A stretch of DNA of 32,000 nucleotides from Nitrosospira multiformis ATCC 25196. GTDB taxonomy: Bacteria; Pseudomonadota; Gammaproteobacteria; Burkholderiales; Nitrosomonadaceae. Below, piece after piece: positions 24,761 through 32,000 of this stretch. The stretch is from positions 1,050,001-1,082,000 of the forward strand of contig NC_007614.1 of assembly GCF_000196355.1 (NCBI RefSeq), read 5' to 3'. Position 1 is the first letter of the stretch. Each line of letters starts with the position of its first letter. The position numbers were made by a program, and so were the translations under genes. The notes beneath the pieces are model-generated. The model made no database searches, was not told where the DNA came from, and saw only the letters and a list, made by a program, of their open reading frames with translations.

Positions 24761-25143
24761 ATGGCCGCGTCGATTGAACAGGTCCGCTAGAAGAGTTCTT
24801 CCCGAATTGGGACTACCACAAACAGGATCAGCTTACAGAGAGGTGCCGCAATTTCAACAATGAGGCGATTCAACTTCTCCGTCACGCGTTGCCATCTCAG
24901 TCAGTCTCGGCTCCGAGGCTTTGTTGCCGAAAGGGCTATATCAGGGGCTATAGTTGGGGCGAGCAGCGGGTCCTGACGCGTAGATCGGTAGAGGTCTTTC
25001 CGCCATACGCGCTACTCAGCGCTGGAAGACCTTCACCGGATGAATAGCCACAATCCATTTACGCAGGACGTTCAGCTCTGAGCTTCATGTGCAGCACTCT
25101 CTCCTCATGCCGTAGTACCATTTCCGCATCTCCGACCTCCGGT

Positions 25144-25199
25144 GATCCAATGAAGGACCAGATCGATCTCGACGATCAGGAGTCTTGATCAGGAGTCTT
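25144..25199. repeat. GATC cluster (5 sites in 47 nt) including tandem 13-mer GATCAGGAGTCTT x2
   Basis: GATC occurs at 25144, 25161, 25165, 25174 and 25187. GATCAGGAGTCTT occurs at 25174-25186 and 25187-25199. Confidence 0.8.
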
Positions 25200-25461
25200 T
25201 CGTATACAAATATACCTTGCATCTCCGAGTGGATTATATAAATCAACATAACACCCCCCTTCCCAATTTCGCGCCCATCATTTTTTGCCTAAGCGCTCGG
25301 GTTCCAGGCAAAAAGCCCTTGAGTTTTGACCCCCCATCCCCCTGCAACAGCTCTTCTCCTGGCCTCTATTCCCCCTTAATAATTTATATATATAGAGGGC
25401 GAAAATAAGTGAAATAAGTCAAGAAAGGCGTGGCTATTGGGTTTGAGCCATATATTTAAGG

Positions 25462-25598
25462 GTAAGAAAAGGTAATTAAGTATGAAGTCGGCAAGTATTT
25501 ACTCTGTTTAACTTGCCCTCTTATCCTTTTTTTACTCTTTTCTTCCCCTTAATTGCCACCTCAATACCGCGCGGGCTGGCTTTTCTACCTTTTCTTAC
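25462..25598. repeat. Perfect 13-nt inverted repeat GTAAGAAAAGGTA / TACCTTTTCTTAC flanking a polypyrimidine-rich spacer just 3' of the primase gene
   Basis: GTAAGAAAAGGTA at 25462-25474 has its exact reverse complement at 25586-25598, overlapping the primase stop codon (25595-25597). Nearby are an AT tract TTAATAATTTATATATATAG (25377-25396) and tandem AAATAAGT(G/C) 9-mers (25403-25420). Confidence 0.6.
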
Positions 25599-28051
25599 TT
25601 TTTTTCGTAAGGGAAATATCGGGTTGCCGGTCGTCCGCCGGTTTGTTCCTGTTCCTGTTCAATCAATGGCGGTGCCAGATTCAACAGAGTTTTCAGCGCG
25701 TTGTCCACCTGCTTCCTTCGACTGTTTGGCCAGTGCTTTCGCAGGTTCGTTAGCGTGATGCCAGGATTTCTTGTAACGATAACCAGCACTTCAGCCTCGA
25801 AGGGATCCAGTCCGCTTTCATCATCTCTACAGTTAAAGACATAAGTTACGCTTGAATTCCAGTATTCCACCCAGGCAATAGCAGCATGAAGATCTCTTGG
25901 CTCAATGATGAGGCGTTTGTCCATTGCAGCAAAAACCATTGCAAGCATTCGCGCATACATCTCTGATCTGGCCAGCAAGCTTCCTGCCTTGCCCTCGCGA
26001 TCTCGCGTTATGGTTTCGTATTGCTCCACCCATAAGTCGCGAGCAGCATCACTGAAGGTAACCTCATACAGATTATCGTCGTGCAGATTCCCATGGGTCA
26101 CACCCATAATGGCGTCGGTTACCCGCTGCGCCAACTCTTCAATCTTCGCCTCTGGAGTTGGAAGAGGCAAGGCAACTAGCTTGGGGCGATACACGTGGAG
26201 AATCATGAACCGGTTCAACAGTCCGTTTGCCACATCGTTTGCAGTCGCCTTCTCGCGCAGTTCGTGGCTGGTAATGTGCCCTAGAATCGAGACATGAGGC
26301 CGCGTTGCCCGCGTAGGGTTGGTTTTGGTAAGCGGTTCGATGTCGCGGCCATCAAACAGATTGCGGATAGTGGCAGACAAGGTATTGTTGTCGCGCCGCA
26401 GCTGGGAGAGGACATTATCAAATTCACTCTCGATAGCCAGTAGACGCTTGTCGGTCACACCCGGGTCGCCGCCCCTGCCTTTTTCATCCGCCTCAATTGG
26501 ATCACGAATGGCCCAGGCAATACCTTCCCCTGTGGAGAGACCGCCCGTATGGCAGCGTAGGCTTTCCTCAACCTCTCGCTGTTCATTGATCAGCGCATTA
26601 GCGCGCCTGAAGATCTTGCGTACAGTCGATTCTGCCGTACCCTTGCGCGCCTTTCCGCTTTTGCCCACGATAAGTGGGAAGGGCCTGCAATGGATTACCG
26701 CATCGCCTATAGACTGGAATAATGCTCGGCCCGTCATTGCGCTGAAGTAGGCCACGGCATTTGCAGCAACCGCCACCCAATGGGCTTCGCTGTTAGCGCA
26801 AGCCACCTCGACTATGTCATGGATGAGCGGAGGAAAGCCTATTTCCGGCATCTTGGGCGGGGCAAGTGGAGCGTCACATTCCCCAGCCAGGAGCGCATCC
26901 TCCTGCTTGATTGCTTCCGGTTGCTCCCACTTGCCCGACTTAAACGTCCTACTCACTTCTATTGTCTTCGCTATTTCTGATGTCTCAGCGTCGGTTGCAG
27001 CCTCCGTATCTGTCTGGGACCGGAGGTTAATGGGTAAACCATCCAAGCCGACCTGATCACCTGCTGGAACAAGGGCTTGATGTGACATGAGGTGAGGAGT
27101 GAGCTGAGGATCTGAAACAGGCCGGGGTGGATCACCTACCTTCCTTGCTGCAGCGATGGCTTGATTTACCATGCCCTTCCCCGATAGCACATGCAGATCA
27201 TTGAAGTCGGTCGGCCTAGTACTCATATCACGCTCAGCAAAATCAGGGACAGCCAATAGTCCGCCGACGGTAAGAGCCGCCTCCGTAGCCTTGGTCAGGC
27301 CCGGGTTACCCTCGGTCCACTGATCATTATCACTACATACGATGAGAGTTGCCTCCTTAAACCGTTGCCGCATTGTCTGCACCACTAACGTGAGATTGCC
27401 TGCGTTGAACGCGACGGCGACAGCATGACCTGTCGCCTCATGTATGCTGCAACCCGTGGCATACCCTTCGGCAATGCAAATCACATCGGCAGGATCGCCT
27501 AGGACACAGCAGCCCCCGCTGATTTCACCTCCACTTAAGAATCGTTTAGTGCCGTCCTCCTCGATGAATTGGAGGCTTGTAAGCTTATCGGCTACGTAAA
27601 CCGGAACAAGTAGCTGATTATCGTGCTGCCTGATGCCACCACACGGCTTGATACATTTCCTGAGCAGGTAAGAATGGTCAGTCCTTGCCTCTTTCGCGCC
27701 CGCGTAAATTTCGGCTGCCCGCCTTGCAGCGGCTACCTGAAGCTGACGCCGTTCTTCAGCTATTTCCTCTCGGGCCTTCTTTAATGCCTCCTCGCGTGCT
27801 CTACGCTCGGGAGGTGATAAGCTCTTCTCATCTTTGGCGTTCCAGATAATCTGCGTTCCCGATTTAAAATCGCCAAACACCGCGCTGTTCCCGTCGGGAA
27901 AAAGCTTGGCGTAACCGCTGGTATTGCCATTGGCCTCGTTGCCGAGTGGAAAGCGGAGGAACCCGCTTCCGCTCAGCTTCAGCGGTTCTGGTCTGTACTG
28001 ATGTCGGTGCATGAATTCGACCAAATCGGGGGGTAGAAATGTTCTGATCAT
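25595..28051 (-). CDS. Bifunctional primase/helicase-like replication protein (N-terminal P4-alpha-like primase region + Toprim + DUF3987/YfjI-like P-loop domain)
   Basis: 818-aa ORF. The N-terminus (RFPLGNEANGNTSGYAKLFPDGNSAVFGDFKSGT) is typical of island/P4-type primases. The Toprim acidic motifs are ICIAEGYATGCSI and IVCSDNDQW. The C-terminal half, with IVGKSGKARKGTAES (P-loop-like), resembles DUF3987 proteins found next to alpA in CP4-57-type islands. ATG at 28051 follows AAGGAGG. Confidence 0.85.
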   Translation of the reverse strand: MIRTFLPPDLVEFMHRHQYRPEPLKLSGSGFLRFPLGNEANGNTSGYAKLFPDGNSAVFGDFKSGTQIIWNAKDEKSLSPPERRAREEALKKAREEIAEERRQLQVAAARRAAEIYAGAKEARTDHSYLLRKCIKPCGGIRQHDNQLLVPVYVADKLTSLQFIEEDGTKRFLSGGEISGGCCVLGDPADVICIAEGYATGCSIHEATGHAVAVAFNAGNLTLVVQTMRQRFKEATLIVCSDNDQWTEGNPGLTKATEAALTVGGLLAVPDFAERDMSTRPTDFNDLHVLSGKGMVNQAIAAARKVGDPPRPVSDPQLTPHLMSHQALVPAGDQVGLDGLPINLRSQTDTEAATDAETSEIAKTIEVSRTFKSGKWEQPEAIKQEDALLAGECDAPLAPPKMPEIGFPPLIHDIVEVACANSEAHWVAVAANAVAYFSAMTGRALFQSIGDAVIHCRPFPLIVGKSGKARKGTAESTVRKIFRRANALINEQREVEESLRCHTGGLSTGEGIAWAIRDPIEADEKGRGGDPGVTDKRLLAIESEFDNVLSQLRRDNNTLSATIRNLFDGRDIEPLTKTNPTRATRPHVSILGHITSHELREKATANDVANGLLNRFMILHVYRPKLVALPLPTPEAKIEELAQRVTDAIMGVTHGNLHDDNLYEVTFSDAARDLWVEQYETITRDREGKAGSLLARSEMYARMLAMVFAAMDKRLIIEPRDLHAAIAWVEYWNSSVTYVFNCRDDESGLDPFEAEVLVIVTRNPGITLTNLRKHWPNSRRKQVDNALKTLLNLAPPLIEQEQEQTGGRPATRYFPYEKK

Positions 28052-28344
28052 GACACCTCCTTTGCCAGAAATTCCCGAACAGCAGCTAACACTGCCCTTT
28101 GTCTTCGTCCCCCGCGACGATGTTTAGCTGCACAACCTTGGCATAGTTGGCAGAGATGCAGGATTGGTAAACGCAGGCCGTCCGGTGCAACATGCAATTC
28201 TGCAGCTGGCTGAAAAAGCGGTGTGAAAGGTTTGTGGCAGGATGCGCAGCATGTGTATTTGGCGATCGTGACTGGCAACTGATGCTTTTCCTCCAGCAGC
28301 TGAAGAAGTCTTTTTCCCTGTGGCACTTCAACGAAGTCATCCAT
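28048..28344 (-). CDS. Small Cys-rich (zinc-ribbon-like) protein, translationally coupled to primase
   Basis: 98-aa ORF with CCASC ... CQLCQGC cysteine clusters. GGAGG lies 7 nt before ATG 28344. Its stop overlaps the primase start (ATGA, 28048-28051). Confidence 0.6.
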   Translation of the reverse strand: MDDFVEVPQGKRLLQLLEEKHQLPVTIAKYTCCASCHKPFTPLFQPAAELHVAPDGLRLPILHLCQLCQGCAAKHRRGGRRQRAVLAAVREFLAKEVS

Positions 28345-28480
28345 TAACAGTCCTCCAAAATTGATTAGTAACGTTTAATTGAGTATTGCTATTAGGGAAC
28401 ATCGAATCGGGTAAGCCCCAGAAACGAGAAAGCGCCAGAGGTGGGGCCTGCCTGGCGCCTGAAAGAGGGTAAAAGTGCGC

Positions 28481-28711
28481 TCATTTCGCCCCCTTTCCTG
28501 GATTAGCAGGTGGGCGACTTGCTATCCAGGCGTGTATTTCATCGCTGCGCCATCCAACTGCTGAGCCCGACAGCTTTACCCTGCCAGGGAAAAGGCCCAG
28601 CGCTTCCAGCCGATAAATGGACGAACGCGACAGCCCGGTGAGTCCCTTTACCCTAGGGATCCGGTAAATCTCATACCATGGAGCTGCGTCAGGAAGATTT
28701 TTGGTTTTCAT
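28481..28711 (-). CDS. alpA: AlpA-family phage/island transcriptional regulator (excisionase-like HTH)
   Basis: 76 aa. The segment IYRIPRVKGLTGLSRSSIYRLEALGLFPGRVKLSGSAVGWRSDEIHAWIASR matches the AlpA/MerR-type HTH pattern (GLSRSTIYRL...FP.PVKLG.RAVGW...E...WI). AAGGAG precedes the ATG. Confidence 0.85.
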   Translation of the reverse strand: MKTKNLPDAAPWYEIYRIPRVKGLTGLSRSSIYRLEALGLFPGRVKLSGSAVGWRSDEIHAWIASRPPANPGKGAK

Positions 28712-28738
28712 GATTCTCCTTCATGGGTTGGAATAAAC

Positions 28739-28809
28739 CCCAATGGGACACATTGGGTGTGAAGGAGAATTTACAGAGGAGCATTCACGGTTTAGCGGAA
28801 ACCGTGAAT
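28739..28809. promoter_or_regulatory. Two perfect inverted repeats upstream of alpA (possible operator and/or terminator of the upstream gene)
   Basis: CCCAATG-ggaca-CATTGGG lies at 28739-28757, 28 nt upstream of the alpA start. ATTCACGGTTT-agcgg-AAACCGTGAAT (11-bp arms) lies at 28783-28809, 144 nt downstream of the 300-aa gene's stop on the minus strand. Confidence 0.35.
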
Positions 28810-28952
28810 CTGCAAGGCAAGTTTTTTTGTTTCGTTAAATTTTTTTAAGGAAGAAGTGGCAAGGTATTAGCCGTGGAAGGCCGAGATTCCGTCGATGAAT
28901 TAGAACCTCGCTTTTATTTGACCCCTTTTGGTCTGAGCTAAACCAGAAGGGG

Positions 28953-29855
28953 TTATCGCTGGTTCAGCTTCGAGGACTGTTTCTGTTTGTACGTTCCGCC
29001 GATACCGTCTTTGTAATAGCGGAACTTATTGCGAAGAGTAGCTTTACTTATTGATTTATCTTCCTTACCAATCCGATAATTGAGCTTGTCACCGTCGATT
29101 TCATGCAACTGGATTGAAGGAGTTTTTACAGTTGGATTTTGGCATTCCTTCTCTATAACCGACCAGAATGCCTCGAAATTGTCGGGTTCGCGCTGTTGGC
29201 TGCACAGTTTCTGGTACAGTCTTCTAAAATGCCGATGAATGGGACTCAGAGATCCTCGTGTTCTTCCAGATGTAAAAGAAGCTTGCCGGCCTAGAAGCAC
29301 CTCAAGTGATGCCGTGTGATAGCGCAAGAGATGAGCTTTCAGTTGTGCGACGCATTCGATGATCCACTTTTTGTCACCCGGGGATTGCTGAATTGTAAGT
29401 GCCAAGTACAAGGCTTCCCCACATGCGAGTAACGCAGGATCGTAAACTTTCAACGCCTCACCTTTCGTATTTCCCTGCGGGTTCCTTGGCATTCTCCAGC
29501 AGCCCTCTCGGAGATCATTTAGGCGCCACCACATCTCCGCATGATCCTCTAGAGCCACCCTCAAGTCCGGGTCATCATCCAGCGTCCATCCCTCTGGTTC
29601 CCAAAACCTTTCATATTCAATAAAGGCTTCCCGCAGCTTCCTGATCAGAAAGGTAAGGGGATCGGCAGTAAGATTGCGCCATAGCTCGTCCTGATTGCCA
29701 TCCCAAGTCGTCTCCGGTTTCTCCAGCACCACCGCCGCTCTACACATCTCATCAAGCAATTCATTTACATGATCCAGTTCGTACAGGTCTTGAAATATGA
29801 TTGTTGCTTGCTCGCGCGGATATCGAGCGGGAAGGGTCTTTTTTTCCATTTCCAA
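28953..29855 (-). CDS. Hypothetical protein (300 aa, no family recognised; Trp/acidic-rich)
   Basis: This is a long ORF on the same strand as its neighbours. The ORF-track start at 29855 is TTG, and an in-frame ATG at 29849 (MEKKTLPARY) is the more likely start. I see no recognisable catalytic or TM motifs. Confidence 0.6.
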   Translation of the reverse strand: MEMEKKTLPARYPREQATIIFQDLYELDHVNELLDEMCRAAVVLEKPETTWDGNQDELWRNLTADPLTFLIRKLREAFIEYERFWEPEGWTLDDDPDLRVALEDHAEMWWRLNDLREGCWRMPRNPQGNTKGEALKVYDPALLACGEALYLALTIQQSPGDKKWIIECVAQLKAHLLRYHTASLEVLLGRQASFTSGRTRGSLSPIHRHFRRLYQKLCSQQREPDNFEAFWSVIEKECQNPTVKTPSIQLHEIDGDKLNYRIGKEDKSISKATLRNKFRYYKDGIGGTYKQKQSSKLNQR

Positions 29856-29913
29856 CTACTTAGTGCATTCCTGTTCGAAAGGTCTTGATCGGGGCATCTT
29901 ATTTCCTTCCTTG

Positions 29914-29949
29914 GAGTGTGATAGCTACTAAATGTCATCTATCACACTC
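29914..29949. repeat. Perfect 11-bp inverted repeat GAGTGTGATAG-(14 nt)-CTATCACACTC in the RT/300-aa intergenic region
   Basis: Read directly: 29914-29924 and 29939-29949 are exact reverse complements. The repeat sits 59 nt upstream of the 300-aa ORF start. Confidence 0.7.
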
Positions 29950-30362
29950 GCGTAAACCTCCTCCCAGTGGCTAGTCCATTAGGGGCGCATTGCTCTCAAC
30001 GCTGATTTAAGGGGAAGCTGCGAGATAATGACGAATTGATGCGTCTCGATTTGGTATTGGTTGAGCTGGAAGAAAACAGAGGGTAGCTCTAATTCCCTAG
30101 TGGGAATCTTTCTTCTTTTTGATGGAGATATATAAACAGTATCGTCTACACTTTGAACCCTAAGGCAATCCAGCGAATATGAACTATGGCATGAACGAGG
30201 CAAGTTCTTGGCGTAGCGCTTGCAAGCTTCAGGAAACTCTGAAAGCAGTTATTATCACTCAGTAGGCCGGAGATCAATAATTTGTCGAATAAAGGGGAGA
30301 TAGTTGAATTGAATCACTACTTGTAGGCGAGGCCGCATTTTAATTTTAGAAATTTAATAAAA

Positions 30363-31619
30363 CTAAATAGCCGTGACAGTGGCCCTCATGCTTTCGTCCT
30401 TCTTACAGTCCTGGAGCAGAAATACCCCTAGCAGGCGCCTTTTATCTTCAGGGGAAAAGGCCCGGATTTTTTGCTTATATCTCCGATTGAAATTCAAAAT
30501 TTTTTCGCTGATATACCTATCTAGGTTAATCATCAAGTGATCATCTGTACAAAAGGAATACGTGTTACCCCATCCTCTAATAGTGCTACTAACCTCATTT
30601 AGCGCATCCTTGTAAGTAGTTTTTTCGTTTATGCATCGGAGCGGACTACTGGATTTTTTAATAACCTTGTCAAATATTTCATTCACACGATCTCTAAGTC
30701 TTTTTATGCTCTTATCAGAAGGACGAATGCGGTCAGGTCTTACACTACATCCTAGAAATTCAAATCCTTTATTGGATACCCCATGCTCAGCCTTATCGGG
30801 AGAGTGACGAGGGTCATATACACTTAAGTTTAGTTTTTCCAAGAAAGCTGATGCGCTAGCAAAGGCTTTAAATGCTTTTGATTCACTTGGTGCAAACAAA
30901 ATGAAGTCGTCGATATATCGGATACAGACGATGCCTCGGGCATTCATTTTTTTATCAAAATCATCTAAAAGCAAATTGCAAAGTACGGGAGAAAGGCAGG
31001 AACCTTGAGCAACACCTTTTCCTTCCAATGGAAAAAGTTCCTTGTCACGGCCTAAGGTTATAAGATTACTCAACTCTGTTGTTGTTGCTTGAGTTAACAA
31101 CGTATTGAAATCATCATCCTTAGATGCAGAAGTAATAATTTCTAATGCTTGTGAACGAGGAATATTATCGAAGAAGGCACAAATGTCAGTTCGAATAAAA
31201 TAGGGCTTTTCCAGGGCTGTTTTATAAGCTTTGAGAATCGCTTGAGGTACACCGATTTCTGCAATTCCGCCAAAATTAAAACCAGAGTCTAATTTAGCTC
31301 GGACACTTGGAATTTCTTGTACAACATCTAGCAACGCTCGCTGAACAATGCGATTAGGAATGGGGGATATTACTATCGGTCGCTTTTTGCTAGGGTTATT
31401 CTTCTTCTTAACCGCGACCCCATAGCTTTGAGAAAACACGTACCGTTTTTCTCTCAACTGATCGGCAATCCGCCGAAGGTTTTTTTCTAATGAAAGGGAG
31501 AACTGCTCGATTTCAGTTCTAATTGTAGGCGATTTAGATGAAATACCGTTTTCGTATATGGACTGCCAAGCACTTCTTAGACGATTGTTACTGTACAGCT
31601 TGCGATAAAGCTCTGCCAT
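30363..31619 (-). CDS. Free-standing group-II-intron-like reverse transcriptase (YIDD active site, thumb/X-like domain, no En/DNA-binding or extra domain)
   Basis: 418 aa. RT motifs appear in order: KKRPIVISPIPNRIVQRALLDVV (RT1-2), YFIRTDICAFFDNIP (RT3/A), GVAQGSCLSPVLCNLLLDDFD (RT4/B), IRYIDDFILFA (RT5/C) and GFEFLGCSV (RT7). The thumb-like motif is IRGWGNTYSF. The gene is AT-rich (hand counts ~38-45% GC) relative to its neighbours. Confidence 0.9.
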   Translation of the reverse strand: MAELYRKLYSNNRLRSAWQSIYENGISSKSPTIRTEIEQFSLSLEKNLRRIADQLREKRYVFSQSYGVAVKKKNNPSKKRPIVISPIPNRIVQRALLDVVQEIPSVRAKLDSGFNFGGIAEIGVPQAILKAYKTALEKPYFIRTDICAFFDNIPRSQALEIITSASKDDDFNTLLTQATTTELSNLITLGRDKELFPLEGKGVAQGSCLSPVLCNLLLDDFDKKMNARGIVCIRYIDDFILFAPSESKAFKAFASASAFLEKLNLSVYDPRHSPDKAEHGVSNKGFEFLGCSVRPDRIRPSDKSIKRLRDRVNEIFDKVIKKSSSPLRCINEKTTYKDALNEVSSTIRGWGNTYSFCTDDHLMINLDRYISEKILNFNRRYKQKIRAFSPEDKRRLLGVFLLQDCKKDESMRATVTAI

Positions 31620-32000
31620 GATTTATTTTTGTTGGGGCTCCCATCGGCAAGCAACCCACCCGCTCAAGACACTTCATCTCTCAGGCGAAACCATAAATGG
31701 CCCAGCCTGGCCTAGGCACGTATTGCGTGCTTCGGCGTCCTCGTAACATTGTGCGGCTCCACCAGCTGGTGGCCCGCTAAGCACTAAAACCGAGACGATG
31801 ACAGCTAAGCTGTACAACCACTTCCGTAAAGCACGGCTGGCACGTTTTTGCTTGCGGTCTTTATCCTCATTGCCGTCTCCAATTCTATCGTTTTTGACTG
31901 CGTTGGCAACCGCAAGTTAGCGTCGCCCTCCCCCAGAAAATAAGTCCTTCAACCGTCCGATGAGAGCCTCTATAAGGCTTTGCTCCGGTTAACTTTACAT
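31620..32000 (-). ncRNA. Candidate structured 5' leader / RT-associated non-coding RNA (continues beyond window)
   Basis: No ORF of 60 aa or more occurs on either strand in the 381 nt upstream of the RT. There is a 14-nt perfect palindrome CCACCAGCTGGTGG (31759-31772) with extendable flanks GCGG../..CCGC. Further hairpins are GCACG-tattg-CGTGC (31716-31730) and ACAGC-taa-GCTGT (31801-31813), plus others. No Shine-Dalgarno is evident before the RT ATG. Confidence 0.35.

Larger units (their letters stand above)
25144..32000 (-). mobile_element. Segment of a P4/CP4-57-like integrative element (replication module + AlpA + cargo incl. RT); its integrase/att presumably lies beyond 32000
   Basis: The co-oriented gene order RT - orphan - alpA - small Zn protein - primase/DUF3987 is the usual int-(cargo)-alpA-primase layout of P4-like satellites/islands. 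A repeat-rich, AT- and GATC-rich non-coding region lies after the primase gene. The left boundary is approximate and the right boundary is not in the window. Confidence 0.55.

Noticed and set aside
24335-24863. Alternative ORFs over the CAG/CAA-rich region (24335-24604 minus strand, Leu-rich; 24429-24863 plus strand, Ser/Asn/Arg-rich)
   Set aside because: They are frame and strand artefacts of low-complexity DNA. Only the 24392 frame has a signal-peptide-like start, and even that call is moderate.
24944-24953. GGGGCTATAG, identical to the 5' start of many tRNA-Ala genes
   Set aside because: The downstream sequence cannot form D, anticodon or T arms, so this is a 10-nt coincidence.
25217-25758. 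Small plus-strand ORFs (25217-25408, 25513-25758, 25553-25753)
   Set aside because: They are Pro/Phe/Leu-rich translations of polypyrimidine non-coding DNA. The latter two overlap the primase 3' end in antisense.
29979-30203. 74-aa minus-strand ORF between the RT and the 300-aa gene
   Set aside because: It has no SD, an odd composition and no motif. I keep it only as a remote possibility of a small partner protein (see the finding on this gap).
30363-31619. Mobile group II intron or classical retron annotation for the RT
   Set aside because: I could not find a domain V/VI-like RNA in the 500 nt 3' of the ORF, and there is no En or D domain. The motifs are YIDD plus an RGW-type thumb rather than the retron-typical YADD...VTG context. 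I therefore call it only a free-standing group-II-like RT.

Overview
The window has three blocks. (1) 1-~380 holds the 3' end of a P4/CP4-57-type tyrosine integrase gene followed by a degenerate tRNA-Leu(UAA)-like 3' fragment. This is probably the right edge of an integrative element lying left of the window. (2) 728-23995 is a tightly packed six-gene operon, all on the minus strand. In order it encodes a PEP-CTERM protein, a 5,216-aa giant multidomain surface-type protein with an N-terminal LEPR-XLL motif (one 15.65-kb ORF), a GAF-like/HlyD adaptor, a PqqD(RRE)-like/site-2-protease(M50)/HlyD fusion, a C-terminally truncated SecA-like ATPase, and a small HlyD/MFP adaptor. There is no ABC transporter, no TolC-like gene, no RTX repeats and no classical signal peptide on the giant protein. 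I do not recognise this as a named secretion system, and I rate it the best candidate for an undescribed export/processing system. The giant gene contains a 1,555-bp near-perfect in-frame direct repeat (offset 4,047 bp), 630-bp tandem repeats, an embedded PAP2/vanadium-haloperoxidase-like enzyme domain and a low-GC helical insert. A divergently transcribed Gln/Arg-rich secreted protein gene follows at 24392-24760. (3) ~25.1-32.0 kb is part of a P4/CP4-57-like integrative element on the minus strand. It carries a Toprim-DUF3987 primase/helicase, a Cys-rich small protein, AlpA, an orphan 300-aa protein and an AT-rich free-standing group-II-intron-like reverse transcriptase (YIDD active site). 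The RT has at least 380 nt of hairpin-rich non-coding leader running off the window; this is a second candidate system (defence or repair RT). No rRNA, intact tRNA, CRISPR array or transposase was found. All domain calls come from reading motifs by eye; no database search was run.
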